A stretch of 63,690 nucleotides of DNA, the filler included, from Choristocarpus tenellus KU-1152 (Eukaryota > Protista > Phaeophyceae), in NCBI GenBank assembly GCA_964200185.2. It is 8 parts of 8 records of this genome, joined end to end, with 100 filler letters (N's around TTAATTAATTAA, not from the genome) between each part and the next. Parts side by side here need not be neighbours in the genome. Positions count along the whole stretch, not along the records: positions 1 to 31,313 come from CAXNAD020000084.1; 7 more parts are not named here. One strand, given 5' to 3'. Shown in pieces: positions 12,101 through 27,100 of the stretch; the first letter of the stretch is position 1, and the number at the start of each line of letters is the position of its first letter. Made by a program: the position numbers and the translations under genes. Below the pieces are notes generated by a model that was not told the origin of the DNA, made no database searches, and saw nothing but the letters and a program-made list of their open reading frames with translations.

Positions 12101-15100
12101 TATAAACAAGTTCACAAGGATCAAAAGCTGAGTGTTACTTCATCCATTGGTACTAATGTACAAAAAAAATTAAAAGTGACAACTTTCAAAATTGTCATGG
12201 TTGACACACACAAAATGAAACACAAAAAGGAGCTTTGTACATGTTTGGGATTGTTAATTCCACCATGACAGGTTGGAATAGTTGATTTTGATAGTCTTGG
12301 CTGTCATTTCCAAATGTCAAGAAAGCAGCCCTCAACAATTGGTCCATGTAAACTCGACAACTTCTACTGGAACTTTTTATTCTTGTCATCAGTAAGGTTA
12401 TGTGTGTATTGTAAGCTAAAAATCAAGGTGTGCATTGTCTTATCAACTCCAGACACTACCCCAGTGAGTTTGGTGACAATTCTACTTGCCGTCAGTCAGA
12501 TGGAGACAGTGGAAACTTTCCACGTTTAAACAAAATTTCAATTATATTTGCTGGATAGTTGTTTGTCCAAGTTTTCAATCTACCACATCACACCATGTTT
12601 TTCAATGCACTTTTTGAAGGCTTGACATACTTCCTTTGTAATATTTTTTTTCCCAATTCATTATTTTTCTGACGTATAAATTGAGTTGAAGCCTTTCGTC
12701 CATTTTTGCTTGGGTCAGGTATAGCAGTAAGAGGTGCTGGGCTGTCTGTAGTACTATTTTTTCGTCATTGTATTTCGATAATACTAGTAATAAAATTGGC
12801 ATATTCTATAACAAAACCCATCTTCATTCCTCCTACCATGAAATAATAACCCCACCCCTACCCTCATATAACTTTCCATAGGTCTAGGGAAAGCACAGAA
12901 GAATATTTCTGTGATAAATCGGCCAAGAATTTTCTTGTGCAACAAAGAAAAGAAAATATTGATACTAATATTTCCTCAATCCCTTCCTACAAAGCATACA
13001 CCAGTACAACAGACGAGAAAAAAAAATGAATTCCACCAACCTGCACCAAGCTCAAGTTCATCACTGCTGCCTGGTTTACAGCATGGACCACCACAGCTGC
13101 GAGATCAAGAAGTCTTTCTGACAGTGGTGGAAGTTGTGCATCCCTCTCTCCACCACCCCTTCCCTGATCGCCTCCAATGTGGATTCTGTTCTGAGGGATT
13201 CTGAAACAAGAAATATAATCGTATGATAAAGGCAGTCAGTGGGGAAGGAAGGGATTTTCCAAATAAGAATAAGTGGTGTTTCCCTTTGCAAATTATCCAA
13301 ATGCAATATATCAAAAAGCTCTTTGGTTGTGAAAAAAATGTCCTTGGAAGAAACAAAAGTAAACAAATTCCACAATCAAACAACTTGGTGAGAGGGGACA
13401 AAAAAGAGTGCACTGCAGCACTCACAGAGACGAAAATTACTTGTAGCTACAGTGTACTCATTACATCCTTACTCCCACCGCATGTAATTATTGGCCAAAA
13501 CAATGTTGACTCTCCACCAAACAACAACATTCAAAAATAAAGAAATGTTTCCTATCGCTCTATTTCAGCAATGTTCATTATTACGCAGTGAAGGAGGAAG
13601 CAAGACTTATCCATCAGTAGTGGTTGTTCCTAATGAAAAAAGCTCATGTTACCATTGATGAAACGGAGGGATTGATCACCTTAATCGTCATCATTGATAA
13701 TCGCCTACAAAAATATTATGAGTAACAAAGGCAAAGGGTGGAAACAACGACAGCGACTCTGTAGATTCATTTTGAATCCTGCAAGTTGGTTTGTCGCCTT
13801 CAACACTCTTAGTATTGATGAAAAAAGTGAATTATCTATTCAATTCAATCAAGGTGACACGAATAACTATTGCTAGGAATAGTCTTGAGAGTGACCTTTC
13901 AAGGAGAACGGCATATTGCTTGAAGACTGGCAAAAAGCCCATTAAACATACCATGAGTACAACTTATTGTCACAATTAATAATTGGGTGAGGTTGAGAAA
14001 AAGATTTTAGCACACCCATTTTTTCATGCAAAATTTATTTGATCAGTCATATCAGGCCCTGCTGGACATTATGTAGTAACACAAATGCAAGTAAAGCTTG
14101 TTCATCTTCATGATATGATGTTCTATTGCTCTTACCAGCAAAGAACACCTAAAGTCGGTCAGCAATGGTCAACAGATGATGAGCTTTGAAGAGAACACTT
14201 GTGGAAGTATACCATTGCTACCATACTAACCCTTTCCCACACACCACAAAATCGCTAGGCTTCTTCCACAACACAAATTACCTCTCCAGACAACACACTA
14301 ATTAATCTTTAGGACAGCTGATCTGATCTCTATACAAGGTGGAATAACAATCAACTGCTCACATTCCTCCCTCTGCCATAGACAAGGCTGCCAGGAATGA
14401 TACAGCTTCTGAAAGCACACCAGCCACTCCCAGTCCGTCTGCCACAGCATTTGCCAAGGCAAAGTTTACTGTGACAGTCCCCCTGGAAAGACCCTCCATG
14501 TTCAAGCACATCTGGAGAGCGCCAATACTGTTTCCGGCACACTCCACATCTTCTTCACCCATGATTAGACCTAGTATCTTTGCCTTCCCATCTAATTCAG
14601 ACTTCCTGTCTATCACTACAGCATCAGTGGCACAGTTATCGTTTGTAACCGCTCTTGGTGCTCTCACTTCCCCTCCAGCAATCCCGCAGTCCTCTGTTGA
14701 GCATAATGGGAATGATGCCATCGCATCTATCAGCCCAACAACATGTCCCACCAGACCTAGGATCCGCCCCTTTCCTCTGGGGTAGGATGGTCCACTGACA
14801 ACAGCTTCGCATAATGGGTGTAAACGTCTCAGTAGCTTGCTCAGGTGCAGGAGAATTCCCTTTGCAAGAATGTACCTGATATACTCCTCTTGAATCCTGG
14901 TCTCAACAAAACATATGGTTGGAGTTTAAAGGGGGATAAGGTGAAGGTAAAGGATATAAAGGTGCTCAACAGCTTGCTTGTATAACTCTACTCAACTAAA
15001 TGACTACCAAAACATGAACATACATAATAACAGAATATTTCTGCCCATTGTATATTAGGTTGCTAAGGACCCAAGAAATCAATACCTATACCAAGTGCAC

Positions 15101-18100
15101 TGTGATCCAACACAACTGAACACATCCTCACCTAACTAACTCTGTCTCGAGCGGAATGTGGCGCAAGATGAGAGATATCACTGTGAGTCCAGAAGACACC
15201 AACTCTTCCTTCTCCCTAGGTAGTCCTAGAAGAGACTCAAGCAATTCAGCTTCCTCCCTGTCTGCATTGTGCCCAGCTCCAACTGAATGAGGACTAGTCC
15301 TTGGCTTGACGTTCCCACCCTCCATTACCCTCCCCTGCCCCTGGCATCGACGCTGCCTTGCTTCAGGGGATTCTTTCTGAGTCCTAGTTCCAACTGGTAG
15401 GGTTTGACCAGACAAGACACGATCCCCCAATTTTGTCATTCCCTCCAGCACCTGTGCTACGCAGTCCAACAAGGGTGCTGCAGCATCAACAAGTAGAATA
15501 TGATCACGACTTTGAGGGTCTTTTGCCACATGCTGAAGAACATCCATAGCCAAAACAGGCAGCCTTGCATCCACCACATACTCCATGTCAACACTAAGAA
15601 CATCCTGATGGTTACCCGTTTCTGGTCTGACTTCAGTCCTCAAACTGCTGACACTTCCCCCCCTATTGCCTACACTCCCCCCTGAAATATTGACTTGATA
15701 GTCCTCCTCCTTTGCTACATCATTTACTACAGCAAGGGCTCCTTGGTCCACTCTCTCACCCAACGGCATCTCTCCTTCAGCAGAAGTGGATTGAGGAGAT
15801 GGATACAAAGCTGTCCATGGAGTTGGAGAGCACATTGATACCAGTGAGTCTAGGATTCTGCAAGAACGGATTCGTTTGTAGAATTCAGCACTGCATTGAC
15901 TTGTTGCTGCAACTTCCCCTGGTGTTTTCCCCCTTCCTCCTCCCCCACCACTCATGTCTCTTCTATCTACTTCAGCAGTCATCATGCACATATTCTTCAC
16001 ATCCCTGATTGCAGTTAAAGCACTCCTCCCATTCTCACCTCCACTCGATATAATTGATATTGATGCAGGCTGCAAGCGCACTGAACATGTCCCAAATTCA
16101 TGAGGGATTAATCCTTGGTTTTGCAGTACCTGAATCTGTCTCAATGCATCGGTCTGCACTTGTGCCTCCCCAGCAATTTGTGATAGGCCATTGAATATTT
16201 GTTGGGCACCAGACTCTTCTATCAGGGATGGATTGTCTCCAGGCTTGAGCTTAGGAGAGGGTGATTCTTCTTGCGTAGTTATTGCCACTACCTTCTCTAC
16301 CTCAAGCTGATCAGATGCCTCTGTTGCAGGGCACTGCACCTGCAATGGCGAGGTGGTAAGAGATTGTTTCTCCCTTCCCATATCTCCATCTAGGTTGCCT
16401 TTCTGCTGTTGGAGATCAGTAATCCTCACACCAGATCGTCGGCCCCTACGGGTTTTCTTCTTGCCCTTCTTTGTCTCACCACATGAATTCTGCTGCATTT
16501 GGTTCCCAATCAAGATGTGCTCACTGATAGGTAGGGGCATCTCCATGCCCTGGGCTTGCCTCTCAAATCCTAACCTCACTTCACTTGTTGCTGCACATGC
16601 ATCCAAGCCCTTGGACTTTATAGACTCACTGGGTGCATACCCAGGCAGTATCCCCTTTGAAGCACACCCCTCTCTCCCATGCTCTTGACCTCCACAACCA
16701 GTACTGAGTCCTTCAGATGAGCCAAACTCCCGAGCCTTTGCCTTGCCTTTCTGTGTCTCATTCAAATCAGATCCCAGCATCTCTATCCCTGACTGACTGT
16801 TCTCCACTGCAGAAGTTGCCTCAAGTCTCTCTCCCTTGCACGCCACAAATGTGTCCTTCCCTTTCCCATTTTCCAGCAATAACTCTGAGGCTTGGTTGTC
16901 CTCAACTCCTACCCTCAATCCCTTACCACAGGACCTCAAGCGAAATCTGTAGTTCACCCAAGATGTGAGTTCACAAGAAGCTCTCTCCAATCTTGCATCA
17001 GCACTGGCATCAAAAAATATCGCATTGGTGCTCACCTTCCCATTGTCAATGTCAGCTGTATCTGAGGTCTCCATGCCTGGTCCACATCCTCTTGCTGTCC
17101 TCACATCAGTCAGGACCCTGCAAAGCTCTTTGAGCCTCTCCCTCACTTTCTTGGCTCGTTTCTTTTTGACTCGACCTTTCTTTGGGCATACTCCCATGAC
17201 TTCAGCTCTAACTTCAGGAGGAACAGCGACAGACATGGGAGTAGGATCTGCAGCTGTAACTTGGATAGCGTCAATAGGTTCATCACCCACATTCCATGCT
17301 GAGGCCTTCATCCCTTTCTTGTCCGTAACAGGAAGATCCTTTCGTGATTTCTCTTCCCCTGCACAATTCTCATATATGCAGGGGGTACTGTCTGGAGTGG
17401 TAGACACAGCACTGCTCAGTGCCGCTGCTGCTGTCTCAGCCCTTATCCGTTTGCCACTTCCCTTGTTCTTCTTTCCACTGCACTTGCCTCCGCCCTTTCC
17501 AGCATTCCTCTTTTTAAGAAGATTGACTGCCATGAAAAGGTTGGCACCAGAGAGCTCTTGTGTCCCTGCCTCCGGGTTTGCCTGTGATTCATTTGTGGTT
17601 ATTATGATCAAGCGTTATTTCCAAATAGGTTCCATGACAAAACGCCGTTTGCTGAAATCAGGCATGGTAGACAATCCTTGTGTCCTAAAAACAATCAAAC
17701 ATTGACAGCAGCAGCAAGAGTAGAGCCACAAATATTGTGCTTGGAGATGATACTTGCACACACAATACAATAATCCTGGTATAAGCAACTGTCAGCAGGA
17801 GAAAGGGTTTACACATAGAGGAATTCAAAAATCCTGATCTCACGAAGCAAAGAGAGCAGATCATCTATGTCTTGTTGACACCATACAAATACCTCATCAG
17901 GTTTAACAATTCCATAACCACACTATTCAGTCCTGCATCAAAGATAGACCATGTCCACAGCCAAGAACACTGCCCTCAAACACAAGCAAACCCCATAAGC
18001 ACATACTGCTCATATACCAATGTGGAGGGGACAAAAAACTCTGCATGTGGAATGTTGCCAGGCCACATGACCCACAATGCATTCAGCTTGCCTTTGACTT

Positions 18101-21100
18101 GTGTACTGGAGAGCAATTGTAGGACCCACAGGCACTATCGTGGCTTAGTTCAATGGTATTGTTCCCCCCTATGTCTGCCTCATTGCCAACCTCAAACCTG
18201 GCCACATCACAAACGAAGTTCAGGTCAGAAGCTGAGGGGAGTTCAACAAGTGCATGAAGGCAATTTGGGTGCACAGAGTTGTTTCAGTGGGCGAGATTTT
18301 ATCAACCTAACAGAGAAGCACGCTGTGCTTAATACCCAGCACACCAATTATAGGATGGCATAAAGTTGCCAATCTATTCAAGTAACAATTAGCAAGACAG
18401 CAATCGATGTTAAGAACGGATTGTCCATTATCAAGACAAAACTTGAAATTTAGAAGTAAATCCATTTATATGGAATCTGGATATGGACTCAACAAAGGTC
18501 AATGGAAAGATGGTAATGAATGAATATACAGCAATGGGAATGATCGCAATTGAGTACAACCTCCCATGTTGCTGAGACGCTACCCAATGTGACCATAGAA
18601 TAGCCTCACATCCAAAGCCATCTGACTGACAATAGCATGGTGCACTTCTTCAACCGTACCAATGAATGCTCTTGAGGGTGAGCAAACAAGAGGTGAAGTT
18701 CCGAAAAACCATCCAAAGCCATTGCATACTCAGCCCTAAAAATAACCGAACCAACCATGATCACAACTCATGTGTTCTTTGAAAAAAACGATAAAATCCA
18801 AGAACATCAATGTTATAGCAACATAAACACAACTTCGATCCCAACCAACTCATCATGATTCCACCTGTCTTCAATTTGAGCTCCAGGATTCAGTATGGTC
18901 TCAACATCATTGTCATGTCCCTGAACTGGGTGCCTGCACAATGCCTCCACCTCTTCCTTATCATGTATGCTGTTTTTGTGGTGGTGGTGGTGGTGGTTCC
19001 TCTCCTTGCTAAGAGTCTTGGCATTCCTGGAGTTCTTCCTATTCTTCTTGTGTCCTTGCCCTAGCCCTTGAGGATCAGCCATTCTAAGAATAGCCTGTTG
19101 CATAATAGTAAACAAACACAGGATAATCTTACACAGGATATGGCAAACATCATCCCATTAAATAGTACTCCTTCCATGATGACCTTTCCGCCATTTTTCT
19201 TCTCTTCTGTTGTACAAAAAGGCACTGCAGTTCAACTACTTCAAGTACACGTAAGGGTAATCTATTCTGCTGGTTCCTATGATATCAGACAATAGAAAGC
19301 ACCAAAAAAAAAAAGAAGTGTTCTTGTTGGCAAGAAATTCCACCCAATTCACTGGTTGGCAAAACATTGTTCCAAAAGATAAAAAAAATGGCCACATTTC
19401 ATGCCACTGTTCGTCAAAAAAGTCATTATTTATTTACCGGTACGAATGAACCTTATATTAGCATATACTCTGCAAATCAAGCACCTATTCCACAAGAGGT
19501 GCATGTACCCAGCAAGAGCTTTTTTTGTGTTGGGCACAGGATCAACCATTATTACACCCATCACTTTGCAGTCTTTCCACAACCTCCTCAAAACCCACAG
19601 CAATTCCGAGCGCCACATATCAGTTCCTTGCGGAGAGCATTGTGGTTCATTTCGCTGTGCATATGCACCACCTGTCATGATAAGCAACCCCTAACCTCTT
19701 CCCCAAAGTCGTAACCTACACCTTTGAAGAAATATTGCTATCGAGTGCTCTGAAGTATAATGATCGGATGTTGTTTCTCTCTTTGCTGTAGACCTGCTAA
19801 ACAATTTGCGCTAGGGTATGCAAGTCTCACCTCTCTTCTTTCCCTTGCTTGATCATGTCGGTGTGCAACCTGCATACGCCTCATGGTCTCCTTGTCCCTC
19901 TCACGTCTACGAAGTTGCACAGCCTCAAGCCGTTTTTGTAAGCTTTCCCATCTCTGTGCAGCTGCCTGGCCTCATTTGGGCATTGTAGGATAGTGCCAAA
20001 GGGAGTCGAAGAGTTAGAAAGGTTATGAGTCGTACCTCCTGATGGTGGACACTGTGCCTGTCCATCTCAAGAAGGAACGTTGTTGCCAATGTATTGTTTT
20101 AAGGAGTTGACCCACTTGAAAGGGTCATACAGAGCACGATTCTCTCTGCAACACTATGAATATTATAATTGGTAAAGACATCTTGTCCATTTATTCGACA
20201 CTTGATACGGCACTATATACATCGATACTGCAGAACTGTTGATAATATTATCTCAAAACATCAGTAAATGAGGCCAAGCTCTCTGTTCATTTGCACAGTA
20301 CCAAAAACATCTTAATTTTCATTTCGGTGCAAAATGAAAGATAACACATGTTTCTGCTGATCACAAGAACAAGAACAAGAGTAAAAACTTCAAATAGAAA
20401 AATGCTTCACTGCTCATGATGAGGACATGAAAATAGTGCTGCAAATGCACGGTGGTATCCTTGTGCTGACTACGGCAACTCTTTCACACATCATTCTAAA
20501 CACACCCTTAGCCCAACAATAGAATCAATTACTTTGGCTTGGACCGTAATTGGAAATGACACCATCCAAGCTCAAATGCTTTGGGTAATTGATGCCAAAT
20601 ACCTAGCCTATTTACACCTCAATTATAGGGAAAACAACCTTGAGTCTCACTTTGTACAGCACTCCCAAAGCAACAACAGTCAATCAAGCCTATCCCTAAC
20701 CCGAACCAAAATTCAAAATGTCACAGTGAAATTTTTTTGGGTTGATTAGGACAATTAGTATGTTTTGATCTTGCAGTATACCACTGGGGGAGTGACTGCA
20801 AAAAACCAGGATTTCCAAAATTGGTCAGCAGTCATCCCACAAACATTCTCACCTATTACTCTACACTTGTGACAACTAAAAAAAAACCTTTAAAATCTTC
20901 AAAAAAAAGCTCAGAGAGAAATATGAGGCTTGTGGTGGTGTGGCATGGGATGTTAAAGCTACTAAACCATTCCACCTCTTCTGCCTCCAGTCGCCGTTCC
21001 GACATTTGCTTGGCTTTGTCCTTGGTCCGTTTCTTCTGCTTATCAGAGATGCCTGCCAACAGTTGCTGCCTTCGTTCCCTGCCTCAAGTGAACCCAAGAA

Positions 21101-24100
21101 GGCATGCATGTTACGCTATATAGGCATCAAGAGCAAAAGGATACTATCTTGCACATTGCTGTCCTAATCACAGGACTGAGAACGCAAGACAGACACCTTT
21201 CAAATATTTAGTAATGGATCAAGATGATATCACGAACAACTCAAAATTGTCCCAACAGAATACATCTTACAGTTGTAGGAATGGAATATTCTTGCTTGTA
21301 ACCAATTGCAAAATAACATAAACTACAAATACTAGCATCGTAAATGCATGACTATTCAAGACAAGGCTGGTTCCAAAATATGTCAACAGTTAAGAATGCT
21401 TTTATAATGTAGAGATATTCTCATATCAGCAAGATTTAATTCACAGTTTATTCCGCTAAATGGTAACATGCCATGTTGCCAATTTCTATTAATGAAATAC
21501 CTCCAGCATGATACCAAGATTGATTCTGCCTCTGATTCAATGCGACAATACAATTTCATCCCAGTAAGACTTCCACTTTTCCATGCCTTCAACTCATCGG
21601 ACTAAAGCAAAGCAAGAGCGACAAAAGAGCAATCACATCACATAGCCATTACGACCCACCGTCCTGACTGAATTTTGCGGTCGACCTCCACAAGACGCAT
21701 CTGCAGAGTTATCTTAAGGTCCTCCACTGTGAGCTTGTTCATGAACAGCACTTCGTCCACCTTTGTGCAGTGGTTGACGGTCGGATTACAAGCTAAAACC
21801 AAGCCTGGCTGAACAGTAATAACTTGAGTGAAGAGGCTATGTTTTGGGTATTTCTTGGGAGTCTCGATAATGACGTGTGTGTGTGTGTGTAGTCTTGAGT
21901 TGGACTAATGATTTCTGCAGCTTAGCTTGTTGCATAACCAGTCACATCTGTCTACACTGGAATATATTGCAGCACCTCCAAAATCTGCGGGAGCAATTCT
22001 TATGTAGAAAAATGTATTGACATGATTCGAAGTATCTCCTAATGCTGCTACGTATTCTTCTCGAGTAAATTGCCATAGAAAATCCTGCGGAAAATTACTT
22101 CCTTGGGTGTTGGATCCTGCACAGAGGGTTTGCCACAGTGGTGGCTACTTTGCCCTCACTCAAGGATGGATTTCCTCAGTTATCATCTGCTTTTGAGATA
22201 ACTTGGGTACAGCAGTAGGTCCAGGTTGGACATGCCATAATATCATCATGATATATGAAGTCAGGAAGTGGGTGGATGTATGGGAGACCATCTTGTACTG
22301 CACTAGGTAGCAAAATTGTGGTTTGGTTAAGGGTTAAGACCAGAACACCATCAACAAGCAATGGGAAGGTCACCCTGCACCAGCCAGCTGTTGGCAAGAT
22401 TTTTCATCAGCAGCGCGACAGTCTGATATTGTAAAATAAGGTAGAGGGGTAGGAACATGTTCTCAACACCCTATCTCAGTCCACAGTTTCATCAACAAAC
22501 CCTGCAAAAAACAGCAGGTTCAATAGCCGAACATGTTATTCGTCTCAGTTGGAAGCGGAGGGGTTTGAAAAGAGACAAAATACTTTTTTACTTGGGAAAA
22601 TTGACCAGAGCAGTAGAATAAAGCACAAAACACAGATATGTAATTCTCTTCTTCCTGACCAAAAGGGGCCATAGTTACCAAAAAAATACATATATATATT
22701 CCAACTTTCTTTTTCCAAAAAAATAAGACCACAGTAGTGGTAGAAACAAGGAAAAAAAGTTACTGCATATTTTCTTGACAGAGGAGGACCATACTAAGGC
22801 ATGCTTAAATAAGTCTTGCTCGACTTCATGCTGGAAGACATGTAGACAGACATACAATTCCATGGGGGGTGAGAATTTGGTGAATGTTCACATACAGACT
22901 CCCAAGAAGTGCCCTTCCCGTGTACATCCTGCACACTTTGACCATACTGTGTGCAGCAAAAGTCTGCTGCCTCAATCCTGCTGACACACCTGGACTACCA
23001 CATTCACTACCTTCATGGACATTGTGGCACTACATATCTGGGTGGTATCGATGAGATGAGGAGACTGTGCTTTCATCGTCACATTTCAGAGCAGCAGAGC
23101 GATGAGGGTACCAATTACAATGACCCCATTGTGGTGTCAATGACTTCATCTCCTCCAACTGGAAACAGGCTTCTTCTCACTGGCAAATAACAGCTGTCGG
23201 CCATGGGGAAGATTTGGGGGAAATGCTACCAACAAGGTTGGGGGCAGAGCCTTGTCCAGCATGGCAAAGCATAAAGGGAAAGATAAGGACATGTCCAGTG
23301 GCACCAAAAAATAGAAACTTTCGCCCAGGAAAGCGAAGTGCTGAACTTGCTAGGACACAAGATGATAAGTAGAGTACAATAGAAAGTTGAACACTACTAT
23401 TGCTGGTGTGAAGACCATCACATGAATCGGAACCAATAAGAAAAGAGCTTCAGAAGCAGCTTCTTGCAAGTCAAAAAGGGGGTAAGAAGGTAGGTAGGAA
23501 ACCATAATACCCAGAGGTAACCTCTTACACTTTTTTCTTATGTGCGTTGTGGTGCTCTGTGCATTCCTACAGTGTTTATACCATGCAACTGCTGTCCAAT
23601 GGCGACTATGCCCCATGTTTAGATATGTAGTTATAGCTATGATCCAATTGCTGACCATTCTTATCTTCCTTTTGCTGGGATGAGGTACAAAGCATGATCC
23701 CTGGATTTGTATAGGAGGCCAGGAGAGTTGGTCTGCCAGTGCCTGGAGGCCCAATCATGTCATTTGGTTGTTAAAGACTCAAAGAATTTAAGAGGTTAGG
23801 GCCGTGTCTGTTCAGGGTCATAAATCCAACATTGCGATTTTGATTCATTTTGGCTGTTGTGTTTGTTAGCAGGTGCCAATATCCTTGCTCCAGACACACC
23901 TTTCATAGTCGTATACATATTAGGTAACTGTGTTCACACAGAAAACCGAAAAAGGGCATAAAAAACTCGTGGGAAGCAAAGCCCTGAATGGACAAACAGG
24001 GAAAAACTCCTACCTTCTTAAATGCTCTGACTCAAAGCTAAGGCATAACTTCTTGCCAAAAAGCCACCACGATGAGATGTTGCATCCTTGTCAAACACTG

Positions 24101-27100
24101 ATCGTACTCGAGTATTATAATAAGGAGGGGCCTGCAGAGGGTAAAGGACACCTTCGATAGCTACCTCCTGAGTCACATCTACAACATTGACAAGACAGGG
24201 CTGTCTTACAAGTTGCTACCAAGCATCTTGCCGATGGTTGCAAGATGAACACTGTGGGGGATGCCAAGGGTAAAAGGATTATGCCTCCGACTACATTGTA
24301 CTATTCCCGCAGGGTCCTATAAGGTGCATTTGTCCCTGGTTGGGAAGGTGGTTGGACCATGAAACTTAGGAAGATGCAACCCCATATGTTTACTTCAGCC
24401 GGTGGAATGCATTGTCCAACCAGTCCACGTTCAAGAATTGGTTTTCTATCGCCTTCCTGGTGCTGCACATGAGGAGGTGACTTCCAACCTTGCTTTAGTT
24501 GTCTTGTTTTACAGAGGGTCCTTGTTCTATACCCTGCCTCCTGACCCTGACCATAGGTGCTGGCTCAAGGAAAACATATTAAATTCTCAAAAGTAAGCTG
24601 AGCTCAAAGCAGAGGGGGGTCGTGGTGTACTTCATGATGCAACAGATCAAAATGTGAGTGAAAGTATCTTAAGAGGGTACAAGTTTTCCCCTGTTTGTCC
24701 ATTTGGGGTTTGACTTCCCACTTTTTTTTTATGACAATTTACCTACTCTGAAATGTTTCAGAGTAGTTAAAAAGTATACGTTATGAAAAGGTGTGCCCGA
24801 ACAAAGATATTGGTACTTCCTAATGAACATGATAGCCAAAATTACATCAAAATCGCAACATTGCATTTTGGCCCCCAAAATGGATGCCGCTCTACCCTCT
24901 AAGATACTTTGACTCTGTCGATCACCTCATAGAACTTCTGCAACAACTGAGTGTAGGCGTCCAACAATGAGAGGATAGCAAGGAGAGTGAGCCTGGCTTA
25001 GTGGAGGCATTGGAAACCTCCAGGTGAGGGCTGGTGAGCTTCCGACCTATAACAGCATAACTAGCTAGTTCAGAAATGGCTACAACTAGAAGTGTAGGAA
25101 GATGTAGTTGAGGGCATGGCAGAGGATGTAAGCGATGACCTACTGCACGTAGCTTATGTTGCAAGTACTGCTAGTAAGGCTGATGAGGAAAGGGGTAAAT
25201 TGTCAGAAGATTAGACCGAGGAACGGAGCCATGGTACAGATGGTGGTGGAGGGGTGAGCCTTCCTCTATCTCCCTTCGTTGAAGTGCTAACCGCATTTTC
25301 TTGATTTGGAGGCGAAAGCTACAAAGAGGGACTGGAATGTGCATGCACATTGCAGCACATATCAAAAATGTAGTTCTGGGGTGCTTTTGCTTCAAAATCT
25401 GCAATGCAAATGGATTTTAGACAACTAGTTCACTGACAGGTGTTCTGGGATGTTCCTGTTATCTGCACCAACAATTTGAACTGCACACATGTAACATTGC
25501 AGGGACACAGCGTCATACCCGAGTTTATAATACAAGTTGTAAACACGTGAGCCACTCCAGTAAATAAAATACTGTTTTCTTAGCCACTACAGGCATTTTT
25601 GGTAAAAGTCCACATCAAGGTGTCTCAGGCCTGAAATAACAACCCATGCCTCAGTGTTGACTTCTCCAAAAAAGACATGTGTTTTTGACTTTGCACAGGC
25701 ATGCCTTAAAATGGTACCTCCACTATGCCATATAAACATTGTCAATATCATTTTCCTTGGTTTTTGTTTGTTTCAAATCAACAACGGATTGGCGTTCTCT
25801 ATTGCCTGTAATTAGGATACGTTACACAAATCACCCTCTCAGTTTCTGAATATGCACTTGCACTTGAAGAAATCAACTCCAATTCGACCAACCAAATCAA
25901 TGATGATTCACAAAATAGAAGGAGTATCGTACACGTAGTTAATCTTGTGCCCATTCCCACTTCCACAATGAATACCAGAACATTGGGGGTTCATTCAAGG
26001 AAGTGCTTTGCCACCTTTTTCAAGTTCTTGCATATATTTGACACGAGGAAGAATCTTGTTCGAAGTCCAATTTAAGCTATCAAATCTGCTGAGCCTTCCG
26101 AGCCTTCAACAATATAGTTTGAGAGGTGAGCTGCATCCAACTAATTGTATCCCATGTTGAACAAAAAATTAAAAAATATATCTTCACGTTGTGCTATATC
26201 CCATTGAATTTAATCTACTAAGAAATAATAGTACTGCATTGTTTTAGGGGTGTGCTCTATCCACCTGACTCTCACAGTCTAATCAAATATGCATTTTAAA
26301 AAGTCCTAGTCTGACCTTGTACCTTGTGAAAGGACAAATACTTGATACTCTGAGGAAAAGTCGTCTTTTTCTTGAGGAAGGATGAACAATGATGCTCTGG
26401 GTATCATATATTTTTCCTTTCTCAAGGAAAAAATTTCTTCACAGACCACCATCAAGTTATGAGCCACACATGACAACCCCCAAAAAACTACAAACTAATA
26501 AGCGTTGACTCAAAGCGTTTGACCTATACGTGCTGCTATACAATGTGACTTCGTACAAATGTTCCAATACGCAGTACCTTTGAGTTTTCATCACTGGCCT
26601 TGAGCACAATTTGCCTCCGGTACTCCATTCTTCGCTTGTCTGCATCCTCCATGCGCTGACGGATGCCCCTTTCTGCACGACTAATCTGCTCCTCCTTGCG
26701 GAACCGGACACCCCTGCGGCAAAAATCGTATGTGGGAGTATTACCGTTGGTGAAAGGATACATGATTTACAGGAAAATATATACAAAATTGATGTATTTG
26801 CTACACAGAATTGTTGATGTTTGCCAATACCCTGTTCTGCAAAGAGAGATCACCAGGAATCTGGGTGCCACCTATGTACATGGAGTCAATGTGTACATGG
26901 AGTCGAAGTATACGAGAGGCAAGCCAGAGTTGGATTCTAAGGATGCTGACAAATATGTGCAAAATTCGGCTTTGTTTTACAACCTCGTAGGATATTTTCT
27001 GAGTTTGGTCGAAAATTTTCAAGCAACAGAGAAACAACTCTCTCAAGTCAAACTTGGCACTTCCATCCATGGATACGGGTGAAATAAAATAGAATGAAAA

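Noticed and set aside
15128-17611. 827-aa ORF as a stand-alone single-exon gene
   Set aside because: It starts at TTG just after a stop, ends at a GTGAGG donor, and joins in phase with flanking SCAPER exons.
16965-17705. 246-aa plus-strand ORF (and 14471-14785, 16353-16688)
   Set aside because: Antisense shadows of SCAPER exons with no independent motif.
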